NCBI RefSeq assembly: GCF_024521635.1
Contig: NW_026250409.1
Coordinates: 1 to 64,000, forward strand
Length of the DNA: 64,000 bases
Direction of reading: 5' to 3'
From: Tricharina praecox
Taxonomy: Eukaryota
Shown: positions 46,756 through 59,757 of the stretch, piece by piece
Numbering within the stretch: position 1 is the stretch's first letter
Layout: every line of letters starts with the position of its first letter
The notes under the pieces: model-generated
What the model was told of the DNA's origin: nothing
The model's database searches: none
What the model saw: only the letters and a program-made list of their open reading frames with translations
Made by a program: the position numbers and the translations under genes

Positions 46756-48394
46756 ATGGTTCTCCGGCCCGTGCTCAGCTGCGTCCGCGCACCACGAGCT
46801 TCCTCCTCCTCCATCTTCTCCACCATTACACGACTGGCAATGCCTCTGCGCGCAAAGATCTTGCACCCTGCGTTTACGCAGTCTATGGTATGTTTGTTTG
46901 TCGAGCCAGTTCACTGTACCGTACCCGGGATTGACGCGTGGGAAAAAAATAGTCTTCGAAAACGACCCCACCCTCGCTGCGAAAGAATAGCGATCCCGAC
47001 GATGTCCTGGTCGGAAGCACGTACGGAATGCGCACCATTGAGCTCAACCGCCCCGCGAAGCACAACTCGCTGAACGAGTCCATGATCCGCAAGATTGTGC
47101 CGCGGCTGCAGGTCTTTGCTCCCTCCTCCTCCTCCTCCCGTCTACAGGTGGTGGTGGGCTCGGCTGAAATGTGGGGTGGATTTAGGAATGGGAGAAATCA
47201 CAGCTGGCAAACCTGATCGTCATCAAGGGAGCGGGGGAGAAAGCGTTCTGTGCGGGCGGGGACGTAGCCGCGCTCGCCGAGAAGTGCATGAAGGGGCCCG
47301 AGGGAGTGACCGAGGCGATCAAGTTCTTCGCGCTCGAGTACCGGCTCAACCACCTGATCGCGACGTACTCGAAGCCGTATGTAGCGATCATGGACGGCGT
47401 GACGATGGGCGGCGGGGTGGGGCTCAGCGTGCACGCGCCGTTCCGCATCGCCACGGAACGCACGCTCTTCGCTATGCCCGAGACAAAAATCGGCTTCTTC
47501 CCGGACGTCGGCGGGTCCTTCTTCCTGCCGCGCCTAGACGGATACCTGGGTACCTACCTGGCCCTCACCAGCGCCCCGCTGAAGGGCGTCCACACCCTCT
47601 ACGCCGGCATCGCAACACACTACCTGCACTCCTCGTCGCTGCCCGACCTCGAGCAGCGCCTCTCTGAGCTCTCCTTCGCCGACAACGCCTCGATCACGGA
47701 GCGCAACAGCATCGTCAACGCGACAATCGAGGAGTTCGTGACGGGCCTCCCGCCGAACGAGCCATTCGTGCTCTCGGGCGACCTCCGCCGGCGCATCGAC
47801 CGGTGCTTCAGCCACTCGACCGTGCCAGAGATCCTGGCGGCGCTCACCGCCGACGGTAGCCCCTGGGCTCTCGAAACCATCTCCGCCATCAACGCGCGCT
47901 CGCCCACCGCCGTTCACGTCGCTTTACAGCAGATGCGCGTCGGCCGCGAGTGGACGATCGAGCACACGTTCCAGCGGGAGTACCACATCGCGGCACACTT
48001 CATGCGGCACGCGGATTTCGTCAATGGGGTATCCTCACTACTAATCCGCAAGGACAAGGTTCCGCCCGCGTGGAATCCCGCCACCGTCGGCGATGTCAAG
48101 CAGGAGGATGTAAACGCGTTCTTTAATCCTCCCGTTGGCGCGAGAAAGCTGGATATGTTTAAGCAGGGCGCCCCGGATTTTAAGAATTACCCGCATGCGT
48201 TTGGACTGCCGAGTGAGGAGGGGCTGGGCAGGATGGTTAAGAGGGGACGCTACACGCTCAGGGAACTCGTCGATAAGGTCGTCGATGAGTGGGATGGCAA
48301 GGAGGGAGTCAAGCAGAAGGTCGTCGATGTTGTCGAGAGACGCTGTGGAAAGGACGTCAATGGGTATCTCACGTGGGATGGGAGGGAGGATTAG
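46756..48394 (+). CDS. EHD3: 3-hydroxyisobutyryl-CoA hydrolase-like / mitoribosomal mS47, two introns
   Basis: IELNRPAKHNSL, KAFCAGGDV, MDGVTMGGGVGLS, FAMPETKIGFFPDVG, YAGIATHY; presequence-like N-terminus. Confidence 0.93.
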
Positions 48395-49589
48395 TGGGGG
48401 AGGGCACGGGGTGGCCGGTGACGAGTGATCCAGAGTGCTTAGCTCTGCGCACATGTACAGTAAAATATGTAGTATGATACGTACCTTGTGTATATTGAGA
48501 AGGTGAACAGAGCGGATGTGACATCCACCCAAAACCATCGTGCAGAATCGACAGGGTTTGATAGAGTAGAGTACCTCTCACCCACCGCAGACCGGGCAAC
48601 CCCTCCATCCACACACACACACACCCAGTCCACAGAGTCCACAGAGTCCACAGAGTCCACGCACCGAAGGGCTAATCGCAAAGTTGCGACCCCGCCACCA
48701 CCATCACCACTACTACATAGAGTAACAAACGGCAGTACTGCACACACACCCTATATACTCTAGTAGAGTCACACATATATACACGCACTCTGACTCTGAG
48801 CTCTCTCTGGGCTCTCCGCACACACTCTCTCAAATAGTGAATAAGGTATGGTAGAGTATGGTAGATGATGGTTATACGCGGATCCAACACGCCTTCCACA
48901 CCATGCCATGCCATGCTCATGGGAAAGTAGACTGCAGAATTGAGTTCTCTCGTACGGCACCACCACATCGCACCGCACCGCACCGGTGTTTTCCGCCGTG
49001 CAGTGCAGAGGGGAGGGAGGGATTGGAGGGGGGGTGGCGGAGATGGAAGTCCTTCCGTTCATCCATCCAATGAGTCAGTCGGGCAGTCGTCAAGCCATCC
49101 ATCCAGTGAGCCATCCATCACGATCACTCCTCACATCGACGTTTCCTCGCTTTACCATTTCCGAAACTCCGAACTTCCGAAGTTCCGAGCTGGAGAATCC
49201 GAGCTGGAGAATCCGAGCTGGAGAATCCGCGCTGCAGAGCTGGAGATGCTGGTGCAAGAGGAACTGGAAACATCGTCGTGATAGCCATGTAAGTAAACGA
49301 GAGAACAAAGTTAACTATCATAACGACGTGACTACTAGGTGAGTTACATAAAACTACAATACAATCCTCCACTTCCCCTCCTGCTGTCTCCTCTCTCCCT
49401 CCGTCTCCTCAGATCCTCCTTCAGATCCTCCTCCTCAGATCCTCCCCTCAGTCCACCTCTATCAACCTCCGCACTCAACGAGTCAACATACATGAACCTC
49501 AGAAACTAAGTAGACATACCGAAAAACGACCACCAAATTCAAACCACGCCCCCACCCCCCACCTCGGACTCGACTGTCGATAAAAGATA

Positions 49590-49640
49590 CTTAAATCATA
49601 CAAAATACAAAATACAAAATACAAAATACAAAATACAAAA
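49590..49640 (+). repeat. (ATACAAA)n heptanucleotide microsatellite in the bZIP 3' region
   Basis: About six tandem ATACAAA units. Confidence 0.9.
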
Positions 49641-50143
49641 GGACACAAATCAAACCCCCAAATAACGCCAATCGCAGCGCCGCCACCCGAACCCCCCAGA
49701 GTAAAACAGTAAAATCGAGAAAAAAAAATCGCCCAGATTCCGGGTCTTTTTTTGGCACGAAAAAAGCAACGTAGACGTAAAAAAAACCCAAATAACAAGC
49801 GCCAGAGGGAATGAAATATGATGGATGAGAGTAGCAAGAGAAGGAAAGCGGGAATCACCGTTCCCGGGACCGAGACCGAAAAACAAGCAACAAGCAACAA
49901 ATCGCCATGCAAAGGAAAGATCAAATCAAAAAAAGCAAGTACAAATGCAATCAAAATCAAATAGCCTTCCCAAGACTCAAGGAAAGAAAGCAAATACACC
50001 ACCAACGCGAACAAACGAAAACGAAAACGAAAACGGACAAGGACAAGGACAAGGTAGGAAATACCAATTCCTGTACAGGACCTATTATTTTTTTGTTGTT
50101 GTTCGTTATTTGTTTCGGAACCGCCCCGGCCGTAAAGCCTCCC

Positions 50144-51340
50144 TTATGGCGCGCTCTTGAGCATCTCCAGGTCATATTCTCCGCCGTCCTGGAGCGCGGG
50201 GTGGATCTTGCACTCGGGTATATCCGCCGAAGACTGGGAGGTGTAAGAGTAACTCGATGCATTACTCGCCCTCGCGCTCCTTCCCAGCGGCCCATCTGCA
50301 AGCCGGATCGCCTCGTTGCTGAGATACTGTCGGATCTGCAGACACTCGCAGGTGTTGTGTTTCAGCAGTTCGTTCTTGAGCTGGAGGACCTCCTCCTTCA
50401 GCATCCCGACGCAGGCTTTCAACTGCTTGCTGGTGTTTTGCGCGTCGCGCGCGTCGCTCTCGAGGTCTTGCATCCACGCCTTCTTCTTCTGTCTGCACTT
50501 GCTGGCCGCTACGCGGTTGCGCTCCAGGAACCGCCGACGCTTCGCTTCCTGCACCTCGGGTGCTTCCTCGCTGGTGGAATTCTTGCGCGATTTGCGCACC
50601 GATTGCGTCGAGGAGCGGCGGCGTTTACTCGGTCCACCACCATCACCACCTCCACCGTCCTGTGAGCCTTCCCCCGAGTAGTTGCTCGATGTACGCCGCT
50701 GGTGCGCGGGAGAGGTGCGCGGGGACAGCTCCGGGGAGCCTTCGGGGGACATCAGACGTGTGGGGAGGATGAGCGAGGAGATGTGTGAGAGCGTGGGGGA
50801 TTTGTGGTAGTCCTCCGGCGGAGTGACCTGACCGTGAATTGTGCGTGTGGAATCGTTGGGCATGTGGGAGATCAGGCTATCCAGTGGTGAGATATCACCG
50901 GGTGGCCCGTACTTATCCGGCTCGTCCCCGGAAGAGTCCGGCGGTGATGGCTGGCCCACGAACGAGCTCGTGATCTGTATCGGTGCGATTCCGTCTTGCT
51001 GTGCTCGAGACGCCTGCTGCGACTCCGCCACCGAGGTGGTGCTCATCGAGAGCGGAGGGGGCACGAACGAGGATGTGTAGCCACCGAGAGCTGGCGAGTC
51101 ACGGAGGCCCCGCCATACGTCTGCGCTCGTGGGGGAAAGCTGTCGGTCCAGCGAGGGAGAAGCTAAGGGCGTCAATCGCGGGGAACGGAACGAGGAATCC
51201 GGCATTGATGTTTCCGGTCCGCCCTTCGAGTCACCGGCGGGAAAGTCAAAGTACGACTCGATCTCCATGAAAGCGGAATTGAAGAAGCCCGAAGGAGTCT
51301 CCGAGGTGGTGGTTTGCGATTGCTCCGACATGGCCGGCAT
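50144..51340 (-). CDS. ATF/CREB-type bZIP transcription factor (AtfB/Atf21-like), 398 aa
   Basis: [28 protein letters not shown] basic region, leucine zipper, [15 protein letters not shown] tail; Ser/Pro-rich N-terminus with HGQVTPP. Confidence 0.92.
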   Translation of the reverse strand: MPAMSEQSQTTTSETPSGFFNSAFMEIESYFDFPAGDSKGGPETSMPDSSFRSPRLTPLASPSLDRQLSPTSADVWRGLRDSPALGGYTSSFVPPPLSMSTTSVAESQQASRAQQDGIAPIQITSSFVGQPSPPDSSGDEPDKYGPPGDISPLDSLISHMPNDSTRTIHGQVTPPEDYHKSPTLSHISSLILPTRLMSPEGSPELSPRTSPAHQRRTSSNYSGEGSQDGGGGDGGGPSKRRRSSTQSVRKSRKNSTSEEAPEVQEAKRRRFLERNRVAASKCRQKKKAWMQDLESDARDAQNTSKQLKACVGMLKEEVLQLKNELLKHNTCECLQIRQYLSNEAIRLADGPLGRSARASNASSYSYTSQSSADIPECKIHPALQDGGEYDLEMLKSAP

Positions 51341-51774
51341 GTTTGCGAGACTATCTTCCCGTCCAGGTGAAGTGAAGTTGTTGTTTCGTAGGTATTTAGA
51401 GCTAGCTCGAAGCTCGCCAGGAACAGAACAGAACTGAATCTCGAATCAATAGCTAGATCGAAGCTCGCCAGGAACAGAGCTGAATCTTTCGTCAATGGCG
51501 GGGTTTGTAGTGGTAGTGGGTGGTGGGAGGTGCAGCCCTTTTACGATCCGATCCTGAGTGATGGGCAGAACTCGAATCCTTGCGGTGGTACAGCTTTAAT
51601 TGTGGGGGTGGGAAGGTGGTGGAGGATAAAGGCCTGCTGGGAGCTGCAGAGCATTAGATGAGATTTTCTGCTGGGGAAGAGGATGTGGTGGAGGAGGTGG
51701 TGGGGTGGTGGGGGAGGGCTTGCTTTCAAGAGCTTGCAAGCTGCGGTCGTTCTTGGGTGGCAACGGGGGTGGGT

Positions 51775-51830
51775 AGTGGTGATGGTGGTGGTGGTGGTGG
51801 TGGTGGTGGTGGTGGTGGTGGTGGTGGTAG
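51775..51830 (+). repeat. (GGT)n microsatellite
   Basis: Direct reading. Confidence 0.95.
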
Positions 51831-52408
51831 TGCAGAAGTGCATATGGGGAACAGGGAATGGATGGGATTCTGCTCACAGAAAATATATGCGGGAAAAATA
51901 CAATGCGTGTCCGTCCGGTTTGAGCACCACACAAAAAAGAGCTCACAACCTGCACGCAAGTGCGTCTTGGCCGATTGATTGATGTCCCTCGTGCGGACTG
52001 TGTGCGCGTTCAAAGATGGAGAGGAAATAAAACGGGCAATTCTCTGGGAGAGAGCTACGGAGATGAGTCGGTCGTGGGCCGGCAGTGCTCTACTTCTTGA
52101 CTATCTCGTCCTTTCGTTGGATTGTGATATGTGAGCGATATATGCGAGATCCGGGCCTATGCTCTGCAACGTTGAACTGTGGGGCCGGCGAGCATGGACC
52201 GGAGAGAGAAAAGATGAGGAGGAAGAAGAAGAAGAGTGAGGTAGCAGCAATTGGGCAGGAGGCCGCGGGAGCTGGCTCAATGGACTATGGAACGGGGCCG
52301 ATAGCTGCCAACAGCAGGCAGGCAGACAGGACGGGTAGGACGGCGCCGTAGTTACTGGTCTTACGCGCGTGGGTGTGTGTGAGAGAGAAAGAGAGAAAGA
52401 GATTGAGA

Positions 52409-52411
<3 letters not shown>

Positions 52412-52469
<58 letters not shown>

Positions 52470-52478
52470 TATGTGTGA
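52412..52478 (+). repeat. (GT)n microsatellite
   Basis: Direct reading; a 13-bp GCTCTCGGTTTCT tandem follows at about 52546-52604. Confidence 0.95.
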
Positions 52479-54145
52479 GTCTTCAGCTGGGAGGTAATGT
52501 GGTGGTTGTGGTGGTGGTGGAGTCTGGCCGGTTGCGTTCGCTATCGCTCTCGGTTTCTGCTCTCGGTTTCTGCTCTCGGTTTCTGCTCTCGGTTTCTGCT
52601 CTCGCACACTCTCTGCTCTCGCACAGCTCTACTGGTGAACCAGGTAGGTGCAGGGGCTTCTGTCTGGCTCGTGCGTGCGTGCTCGGATGCTTCAAGCCCA
52701 AGTCTCGCGAAGCCGATTTGTTCGCTCAAGATTGCCTTCGGTTCCAGATTTCAGGTATGTAGATATCTCACTGACGTCGAACCGACGGTACCGCTGGGCT
52801 CGTTACGATCGATCGGAGGGTGGTAGGAGAGTAGGAGAGTCCGATGGCGCTGGTGCCGGGCTCGTGCCGAAGATTAGGCGACGATGATGGTGGTGATGCG
52901 ATCGGTGGAGCGTGCACGGCGGCGGTGGAGGAGGTGGAGGTGGTAGTAGTGGAGGTGGTAGTAGCAGTGGAGGGAGGTATCGAGGATGAATTGCTGGGCG
53001 GTTTGCTTGCTGAGGCGTAGGCAAGTTTGTATGTAGACGTTGACGTTCGTGAGAAGGCTCCGGGCAAGCAAGTTGGTAGGTACGGTAGAAGTTAAACGGC
53101 TGCTGCTATGATGTACTGCTTCACTTCGCGAGATACACACACATCGCGACGACCAGGAACAGCCAGGCTATACAGTAGTTATAGCAAGTACGTTTTCTCT
53201 CTCCTCGACGATCACCTACCACTGCTACCACCACCACCACAACAACGGTACTGCCACAATCCGGGCAGTTCTGCGGGTGGTGGTGGTGAGGGGGGGGGGG
53301 GGGGGGCTTGTGCTTCCTTGGCTCGTTGACCTTGACCTTGACCTTGGAAGCGGCCCACCATCAATTTAATCCAATCGAGATTGTCGGAGCGCAAGTCCAC
53401 CCCCAGCAGCAGCTGCTGATCGACGGCAACGGGAACGTCTCGGGGGGGGGGGGGGGGGGGGGGGTGATGGGGGATAACTAGGCTAGGCTAGGCTGTATCG
53501 TAGATGTGTACTAGTGTGTAGAGTACTCTACTCCACTCTAGATATGATGTGTGTCGCACAGCCAGTCAGAATGTTTGCCGGGCCATGTGTGATGCGGTAC
53601 GTAGAGTACTCTGCGTATTGTATATGGAGTAGAGTAGAGAAGATACAGCTACGGTGGTGATCTGGGCACACGACTCCGGTGGTGACGCGAGCACGATTCT
53701 TCGGATTCACAGCTATGCTCCGGGCAGTCGGCTTCACAGCAGTGCTCGCTCTGGGGGCACTCGGCTCCGATGCGAGCATCATTGCTCGGCTTGACGAGCA
53801 GCCCTCCCTCCCCCGCCATGCAGCAAGAGAGACACGGCTTTGCAGTACCGCGCCCGCCCGCCCGCCCGCACGCATTGACGCCTCGGCCAATTCCGCACCG
53901 TCATCGAAACGAGGGAAGCGCAAAGGTTCCTTCCATGTGCTCGGGCTCTTTCTTTCTTTTTCTTCTTGTTTTTCCTTTTTCCTTTTTCTTATGGGCTGGG
54001 AGGAAAGGAAAGAGGAGGAAGGAAAGGAAAGAAGAGGACATGCCACAGTGAGGCGGGCGGGCGGGCAGGCCAGCAGCGGACGGACGGGCTACAGCTGGCC
54101 AGAAGCGGAACAAACGGCGACGGAGGAATGGCCTTTGGCAGCCGG

Positions 54146-54272
54146 CCCAGCAGCGAGCGAGCCAGCACCCAGCAGCGAGCGAGCCAGCACCCAGCAGCGA
54201 GCGAGCCAGCACCCAGCAGCGAGCGAGCCAGCACCCAGCAGCGAGCGAGCCAGCACCCAGCAGCGAGCGAGC
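54146..54272 (+). repeat. 22-bp minisatellite, about 5.5 units
   Basis: Unit CCCAGCAGCGAGCGAGCCAGCA. Confidence 0.92.
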
Positions 54273-57200
54273 AACGAGCGAGCGAGAAAGAAAGAGAAGC
54301 GATCATAGATAGTGCACCATACTGCATACGCTCATCCATCATCCATGAATCCGTGAGATGCGCAATGCAAAATTAGAAAGAAAATCGGCATCAGCAACTG
54401 CAATCGGCTCTACCAGCGATTTGCGTGTCCACTGGTGTCCATGGTGTCCCACTGTCCCAACAGCCGAGGGGGGGCAGGGAGGGGGAGGGAGGGGAGGGAG
54501 GGGGGGCCATCAGCCTGGAACCGTAACCGGTTCCGGCTAGCTGCCGCAGCGAGAGAGGGAGGTGTGCGAGGTGCGGCGGCTTTGTCTGACGATGCGAGAC
54601 ACACTCGGAGCTGCCTCCCTGGCCAATCAGAATGGTGCGGGGGGGGGCGGATGGGAATGGTGGGGAGGAAAGAAAGAAAAGAAAAGAAAGAAACAAAGAA
54701 AGAAAACGGCCGTGAGGGGAATAACGCGGGGGAGGTGAACAGGTCAGAACGGAGGGCGCACGGGAGAGAAGGGAAGAGAGCTTCGTGGAATATGCCGGGC
54801 GCTGCTGGAGGGAGTGGGCTGGAGTGGAGGGGAGGGGAGGGGCACTGCTAGAATCGGCAGAGGAATAGTCAGCACTTCTCGTCTCGACAGAGTAGCACTG
54901 CGAGGCTCCATTCGGTAGGGTAGCACTGCGAGGCTCCATTCGGTAGGGTAGCATTGCTCGTCTATGCCAGAGCAGAGCAGCACTGCTCGAATCGACTCGG
55001 CAGAGTGATAGATACCTGGCACTGCTCGCCTCCATCATACCGGAGCAGAGCAGCATTGCGAGACTCGACAGAGCAGCACTGCTCGTCTCGACTCGGCAGA
55101 GGATGTAATCGCACTGCTCGCTCGCCTCCACCAGAGCAGAGCAACACTGCTCGCTCGCCTCCACCAGAGCAGAGCAACACTGCTCGACTCGGCAGGGCAA
55201 TGGCACTGCTTCAACTCGTGTCTCCTCACGCACTCACCGTATTCAGCCACCCACCCCTCGATCCGGCATAGCAGCGTCCCACTGTCCCAGTCATCCCCCG
55301 CGTCCGAACGCTCGCGAAGCCACTTACCAAGCTACAAGGAAGCCACTTACCACTATCCACTCTGCAGTCAGCCACCTCAACCAACTGCTCACTCACATCT
55401 GCGGCGGCGAAACCCCGCGAACCAAAGTGGCGCATATCTACAAATCATATGTGGAAATCGGGGCGACACAAGAAATCGGATGCCGTTTCCCCGTCCACCC
55501 AGCCATCCATCCCAACCGACACACAGATATCGTACCCAGAGTAGCGCGGAGGCGTGGACCGTGGTGTATGTGGAGTAGAGCATGGCCGATCATGCCGTCA
55601 TAACCCTCGTCCCCCCGGCCGCTCCTGCCAACCCGCACGCACGGATGTCACTTGCGAGATGGATGGATGGATGGATGGATGGGTGGATGGGTGGGTGGAC
55701 AGGCGCGCACGCTGGACCGTGGATGGATGGATGGGATGGGATGGGATGGGAGAGAAACAATCTCAGGCACCACGTAGAGGACCTAGAGTAGGTACACAGA
55801 CACACACACACATGTGTGATGCGCATCGAGGAACCATCATCATCTTGCAGCACCAGCAGCAGTACTTACCTACCGGTGTGTGGTAGCAGTGTGTGGTAGC
55901 AGTGTGTGGTAGCTGCTGTGGCGATGTGTATGGTATGTACAATGATACGCACGCCCGGAATCGTGAACGATCCTGGCTGAAATCCTCCCCCCCTCCATAT
56001 CACTTGCCTATCCAAACGCGTGTCCGCGGGGATGAAAGAGATGGAAAAAAAGGATGGAAAAAAAGGATGGAAAAAAAGGAAGGAAAAAAAGGAAGGAAAA
56101 AAAGGAAGGAAAAAAAGGAAGGAAAAAAACATGGGAATGGGATGGGATGGGAATGAGGGTGGCGTCGCCGCCGTCGCCGTCCGTCGTTGTCCGTCGGAGA
56201 GTTTCCCCGAGAGCCTCAGTCTCAATGCAGATCGACCACCGGGTTTTTGATTCTTTCCTTTTGGAATTTGATGTGATGCATCACTGCTCACTGCTCACTG
56301 CTCCGAGGCCTGCCAGCCATCCGTGTCTCGTGCCCCCGAAAGTACCTGCGGCACTCGGCTTCCCACCGGTTTGCCTATCCGCTCCCCAATCCCCCCACTC
56401 TTCCACTCAACTAACCAACGCCCCTCGCCCCTCGCTCCGAAACCTCCCCTCACCCCTCGCTCCGAAACCTCCCCGCTCCCACTCCAACTCTATCTGTCGG
56501 CTCGATGTGTGCCCGTCCACTGAAGCCGCCCGCCCGACTGCGGATGATGATGCGTCGCCGTTTCGGGATGGCAGTTGGGCACCGTAGCTGAGCTGCGCTC
56601 ATCGGGTATGTAAGAGGTAAGAGGCAGGTAGAATAGGGAGAGGAGGTAAGCAGGCGGGCGCCGTTTCCAGAACCCTCCCGACGCATCGAGAGGGAAAAAA
56701 CGTACCTATTCCCGCCGATAGGTACCCATTCGGGACTCCACGCCTCTGGAGCGACAGTGAAGTCTGCTCCTCCTGCCTATATAGTATCAGCTGCGTCGTT
56801 CGTGTGTGATGGATGTGTGAGACCAACAACTCAACGGTTCACAACCAACCGCCACACGCCACATCCATAATACCTACCCATATACCCACCTGTCTATATG
56901 CCTGTCTATATACTCTGCGGAACACCGACCCACCTACCTGGGTGCACACCGTACTGTACTGTACTGTACCGTCAACGTTGGAAAAAAGTTCCGTCCTCGC
57001 AGTTCTTTGTTGTCGTCGGTGTGCTGAAAATCCTGCTTCGTCAGTCTTGGGAGATGCCCCGGCGGCGCTGTACGTAGGTGCGTAGGTGCGGAGGTGCGTA
57101 GGCATGGAAGGTAGAAGATACGTATCCGACCAGACCAGACATCGCCGGAAATCGATATTGCTCGACGATACCTACATGGAGTACAAATCTCGAGTTACTT

Positions 57201-57654
57201 TTTGTGTCACTCGATGTGTCGATCATCACCACGAGTAGGTACCAGGACGATCATCCAGTACGGTACCCACGGAGCCTCCCACCGGATGACCGGGCTCAGA
57301 TATGCAACCGGGGATTTTCGCTACGTTTTATAGAAATTCGGAGCGTAACGCCGGAGAAATGCCACTGCCACTGTGGATCTGAACCCAGTCGACGGGGGGA
57401 GAGCAGGAAAGTGGAGTGGAGGAGAGGAGAGGGAAGACTCGGAAGGAAGGAAGGAAGCTGGCTACAACTCGGCATCACCAGCAATATCACGACATCCGTT
57501 CCAAAACACAAAGCATCACGTGCTCCGCTGCCGAGTGTTATCCTATGATTTCGTGATGCTCCTCCCTGCCTCCGAGCAACAATCTACCTAGCCAGCCAGC
57601 TAGGCACTCCGTCCGGCAAAAAGAAAAGAAAAGCCGCAACGCAGGCTTGAATCT

Positions 57655-57820
57655 TAGCAAAAGAGCGTCCTCCCCAAGGTTTTAGCCTTGCACAGCCGCG
57701 CCGATGGACCTTCTAAGTTCCCACCACCTAGGAAATTCGCTATGTACCACTGAGCCAGATCACTACCTGATGTTTTTGCGGATAGCGAAAATATGAACCC
57801 GCGAGGCATCGATAACCCAC
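57655..57820 (-). repeat. tRNA-like dispersed repeat, copy 3 (truncated)
   Basis: Minus strand GTGGGTTATCGATGCCTCGCGGGTTCA...TGGCTCAGTGGTAC...CAAGGCTAAACCTTGGGGAGGACGCTCTTTTGCT. Confidence 0.8.
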
Positions 57821-59169
57821 CACACTGTATGCAGATACGTGCAGCAACCCACCGCCATACCCATACGCAGAGAACCCCCGGCCGATGGACCTTGGAAGTT
57901 GGGCATACACCCCCATCACTTGCGAAGTTGGCTCCAACTACTCTATACTGGGCCATAATCTTTGCTGGTGGCTTTCACGCTTTGAAAATTGTAATACCCG
58001 AGGAGGCATCAGAGGCACCTGCTATGACTCGGCATCACCATGAATTCCACAACACCCGTTCCAAAACAAAACAAAACTTCGCGTCTTTGCACACGGCTCG
58101 ATTGCCAGCCCCCCACCCTTCCACACCGCCGCCGGGGTCGAGAGGAGATATAGGCTATAGCACACACAGACGAAAGTGGAGGTAGAGGTTGATCGTCTAG
58201 GTATTCTCTGGATGGTGATGAGAGAGAGAGAGATAGAGAGGCCTCTCGGACAGCCTCTCAAGCTGAGTTCCCATGGTGCGTCCCTGAACCCGTGTGACTT
58301 CCCCGCGGTAGGACAGAAGCTCGTTGCTCGGCGTAGTTTTACTGCTTCCACTACTTTCACTGCTTCCACTGCCCTCGATAGCCTGAAGTGTGAACTAAGC
58401 TATCATCGAGGCTCGCATCTCAAAACCTGCAATCCAGCACTCCGCCACCAACAACCCCGCATACGTTCAGATAGCCATTGCTAGCCACGGACTGCAGAAT
58501 ATGCACAAAACGGACCTTCCGACGACTGCTAATACTGGTACCAGTAACCAGACTCTCATCGAGACCTTTCGGGATAGCTCCGCTGAGGCCATGGACCGAA
58601 TCAAGACGCAAGCCTGACCACTGACGACGTCAAAATTGCCCTTTGTATTCGCAAGCATGGATGATCACTCGGCGCTTTACTTAACTCAACGCGACTCTCG
58701 ATTATCTTGGGAGGACGACCGGCTAGCAGATGGTTTTGTGGAAAATTGTGGGAACGGATGTGGCACGTACAAACTTACGGAGCGGTGGTGGAGCGTGGCT
58801 GGACCACGGTATTCGCGGACGAGAGATGCGGTAAAGTCATCCGGTGTTTCTCACTCGCCGCAACGGACTAGGTCTCTGGTATATTCTCTCATTCTCGGTA
58901 AGACCATGCAGTTCTCGTTCTCGATTCCATGCTTCCAATGGTGCCTGTATAGGCCGGCGACAGCCGCCTCCACTTCCACTGAACGAGGGAAAATATTACT
59001 ATCAAGTACATTAATTAGGTACTCCGTCTATGATCGTCCAGTCGTTATGCGTACGCGGCCCCAGCCGCCAGCCCCAAAACTCCATATAATCCTCTACTAG
59101 AGCGCAGCACAGTATCCAATCCAATCCAATCACAATCACAACTCCTGCCTCCGCGCGCCCAACGTTCCC

Positions 59170-59757
59170 CTACACTTCACACTCCCTTAACAACTCGACC
59201 ACGTGCGTATCCCTCCACGCCTCCGCCAACTCCAACGGCGTGCGTCCATACCTATCCTCGACCTCCTTCTCCGCACCATTCTCCAGCAGCAACTTCACCA
59301 TCCTCCCACTGCCCTTGCCCAGCCCGACCGCGAGCAGCAGGACGGGGTACGCAGTCGCATCCGCGCCCGCCTTTAGCAGTGCCTGCACAGCCGCAAACGC
59401 ATCGTGCCACACCGCGACGGCGAGCAGGGGCGCGGGCGCGCCCGGCGAGGTCGCCAGGCCCGGTGTCGGCCCGACGGGGAGGTGGTGCATCCGTGTGGCG
59501 GGAAGCCCGCGCTGTAGGAAGTGAGAGAGGGGCTGGTCGCGAAGGAGGTGCGCGAGGAAGGCGCGCTGTGAGCATGAGGTGCGGTAGAGTCGGCTGTTGA
59601 GGAGATGGTATAGCCGTGGTGAGGCCTGGGCGAAGCTGGACAGCGTGGGTGTGCTCAGGTGGTCTGCGATCGTGAGGAAGAGCTCGTTCGGGAGAGTGAG
59701 GAGGGGTGCGCTGCTGGTGCTGGTGCTGGTGCTGGTGCTGGTGATGGTGCGTGCCAT
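59170..59757 (-). CDS. F-box-like + ankyrin-repeat protein, 195 aa
   Basis: LLTLPNELFLTIADHL (F-box); VQALLKAGAD and VKLLLENGAEKEVEDRYGRTPLELA (ankyrin); TATATA about 110 bp upstream. Confidence 0.85.
   Translation of the reverse strand: MARTITSTSTSTSTSSAPLLTLPNELFLTIADHLSTPTLSSFAQASPRLYHLLNSRLYRTSCSQRAFLAHLLRDQPLSHFLQRGLPATRMHHLPVGPTPGLATSPGAPAPLLAVAVWHDAFAAVQALLKAGADATAYPVLLLAVGLGKGSGRMVKLLLENGAEKEVEDRYGRTPLELAEAWRDTHVVELLRECEV

Noticed and set aside
54840..55215. CRISPR-like repeat-spacer array
   Set aside because: Eukaryotic context, core only 7-10 bp, spacers related to one another, no cas genes.
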